Source of the DNA: Hyphomonadaceae bacterium
Lineage (GTDB): Bacteria > Pseudomonadota > Alphaproteobacteria > Caulobacterales > Hyphomonadaceae
Assembly (NCBI GenBank): GCA_049318285.1
Contig: JBMOGP010000001.1
Coordinates: 1-30,007 of the forward strand
DNA length: 30,007 nucleotides
Direction of reading: 5' to 3'
Shown: positions 28,346 to 30,007 of the stretch, piece after piece
How positions within the stretch are numbered: position 1 is the first letter of the stretch
Layout: every line of letters begins with the position of its first letter
Program-made: the position numbers and the translations under genes
The notes under the pieces: model-generated
Seen by the model: the letters and a program-made list of their open reading frames with translations, nothing else
Told to the model about the DNA's origin: nothing
Databases searched by the model: none

Positions 28346-28675
28346 CGCAGGGAGTTTGGCCCGATCACCGGCGCAACTGCGCAGCATCGCTGTCAGCCGC
28401 CGCCAGTTGGGATCGTCCGGATCGCCGTTCCACTTGCTGAGGTCCACCGTGTCCAGCTCGTCGAACGGGCGCGGCGGCACCTCGCCATCGATGCGCGCCT
28501 GGATCAGCTTGTTCTTGTAGAGCCCGGTCGCAGCTTCCGAGCGCAGATACTCGGACCGCCGCACACTATCGGCCGGATCCATCCAGCTGTCCCAGCCCTC
28601 CTGACGGAGCAGTTCGCCCAACACCCGGAGCCGACCCCGGTCCTGGCGTGCGTATGCAACATATACGTCAGTCAT
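28277..28675 (-). pseudogene. TIR-domain gene with internal in-frame deletion and truncated 3' end
   Basis: MTDVYVAYARQDR...LRQEGWDSWMDP joined directly to ADSVRRSEYLRSEA...KLIQARID...PPRPFDELDTVDLSKWNGDPDDPNWRRL. The central betaB-alphaB-betaC segment is absent. Confidence 0.75.
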
Positions 28676-28765
28676 GGCCGCCCCCTGGGCCGTCCCCGCT
28701 TTCACGCTTCTATCAGTGCAATCGCCGCTTGGGGAGATGCGCCAGAAAAGCGCAAGACAGCAAAA

Positions 28766-30007
28766 TCAGAGATTTGCAGAGGACTTTGTCGCATTCGCTT
28801 CCGGAAAGAACACCGCAATGCGGGTTCCACCAGATTCGCGGGGCTCGATCGTAAGGGCTCCACGATGCAGTTCGGCAAATGCGCGCACCACTGATAGCCC
28901 AAGTCCTGCGCCCTTCTGCTTCTTCCCGGCCTCGCCCTGCTCAAACGCACGTGACAGCCGCTTAAGCTCCTCGGGGCTGATCCCGACGCCCGTGTCGGAC
29001 ACTGCAAGCACAGACCCGCCTGGGACTTCCTCGGCAACAACGACGACTTCGCCCCCGGCCGGGGTGAACTTCAAGGCATTGGAGATCAGATTAAGCGCAA
29101 TCTGGCGCACGGCTTTCGAGTCGGCGAACGCCTCGGCATCCTCAGGACCATCGCACACCAAGTCGACCCCCTTCCGGCGCGCCTCGTCCATCATGAACCG
29201 GACGGCGTCGTCCGCGAGGTCGGAAAGACTCACGATCTCAGGATAGATCTCGTACTTGCCTGCTTCGAGCCGTGCGAGGTCCAGAACATCGTCGATGATC
29301 AGGGTCAGGTTCCGCCCACCCTCGTGAATGAGCTCGGCATACTCCTGATACCGTTCCGGCAGCGGGCCAAACACGCCGCTGCGCATCATTTCGGCGAATC
29401 CCACGATCGCGTTCAGCGGCGTGCGGAGCTCGTGGCTAGTCTGTGCGAAAAAAGTCGTGCGCGCTTCCAGTTGATGCTTCGCCGTTTCGGCTGCCTTCCG
29501 CGCTTCCAGCGCAACCTGCGCAGCCTTGCGCAACCGGATTTCCAGCTGAACCCGAAGGGTCGCATCATGCACATCAAATGGCGCCACGCGCAGCGGCTCC
29601 CGAGGCTCCCTGACGCGCAACGCTGCAATGATCGCAGTCGCCGCGAGCAGGACGAGGCCAGCCATTCCATAACTTGTGGTCAGGATCATTGCGTCATGCG
29701 CGTGCAGCCAGCTCCCGTTCGAACCGGCGACGACGGCTATCGTCAAGCCAAGGATCGCAAATCCAGCGATCTCGATCGTCAAGCGCCCCCTGCCTGACGC
29801 CCAGGCAACACCAATCGCAACACCGTATATGACGATCAACGCCGACACGCCGCCCGTGCTCGCCGCGCCCGCTGTTGCGAGGGCGATCCAGAGTGCTGAT
29901 TCAACTTCGACAGCCTGCGCGCCCGACGTGGAGCCCCGCATGAAGATGCCAACGAGGGGCGGCAGAACCGCACACACGAACACAAGCGCGCTGAGCCAAA
30001 ACGGCAC
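28766..30007 (-). CDS. membrane sensor histidine kinase, DivJ/PleC-like (5' partial)
   Basis: H-box FFAQTSHELRTPLNAIVGFAEMM..GVFGPLPERYQEYA, N-box QIALNLISNALKFT, G1 DTGVGI, G2 GAGLGL, several N-terminal TM helices. Runs off the window end. Confidence 0.93.
   Translation of the reverse strand: MPFWLSALVFVCAVLPPLVGIFMRGSTSGAQAVEVESALWIALATAGAASTGGVSALIVIYGVAIGVAWASGRGRLTIEIAGFAILGLTIAVVAGSNGSWLHAHDAMILTTSYGMAGLVLLAATAIIAALRVREPREPLRVAPFDVHDATLRVQLEIRLRKAAQVALEARKAAETAKHQLEARTTFFAQTSHELRTPLNAIVGFAEMMRSGVFGPLPERYQEYAELIHEGGRNLTLIIDDVLDLARLEAGKYEIYPEIVSLSDLADDAVRFMMDEARRKGVDLVCDGPEDAEAFADSKAVRQIALNLISNALKFTPAGGEVVVVAEEVPGGSVLAVSDTGVGISPEELKRLSRAFEQGEAGKKQKGAGLGLSVVRAFAELHRGALTIEPRESGGTRIAVFFPEANATKSSANL

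Overview
High-GC alphaproteobacterial chromosome, most likely Hyphomonadaceae/Caulobacterales (inferred from DUF2336, DUF1491, DUF4169, a DivJ/PleC-type kinase and a CtrA-like box). Intact genes: VOC/glyoxalase, a secreted hypothetical protein, a class III CoA-transferase, DUF3147, an atypical PQQ-family beta-propeller lipoprotein, a crotonase, a class A PBP, a 6-repeat helical lipoprotein, a PvdQ-like Ntn acylase, uup, DUF2336, two GSTs, an MFS transporter, prfC, DUF1491, DUF4169, GFA and a histidine kinase cut by the right edge. Between them lie several decayed genes that the ORF track hides. These are a DUF262 preceded by an in-frame TAG, an orphan C-terminal fragment of a phage/GTA large terminase, a Gsp26/PNPOx-like pseudogene, a GST pseudogene, and an internally deleted TIR gene joined tail-to-tail with a membrane-protein fragment. 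The best candidates for undescribed biology are (i) three neighbouring small proteins ending in the same L-[LIV]-D-[LIV]-x-[AVT] motif, one behind a CtrA-like/GANTC-rich promoter, (ii) a repeat lipoprotein directly upstream of the class A PBP, (iii) a GST with an export signal and probable CTG start, and (iv) a PQQ-fold protein lacking the canonical metal ligands. No rRNA, tRNA, CRISPR array or IS element was seen. All family calls come from motif recognition by eye; no database searches were run.
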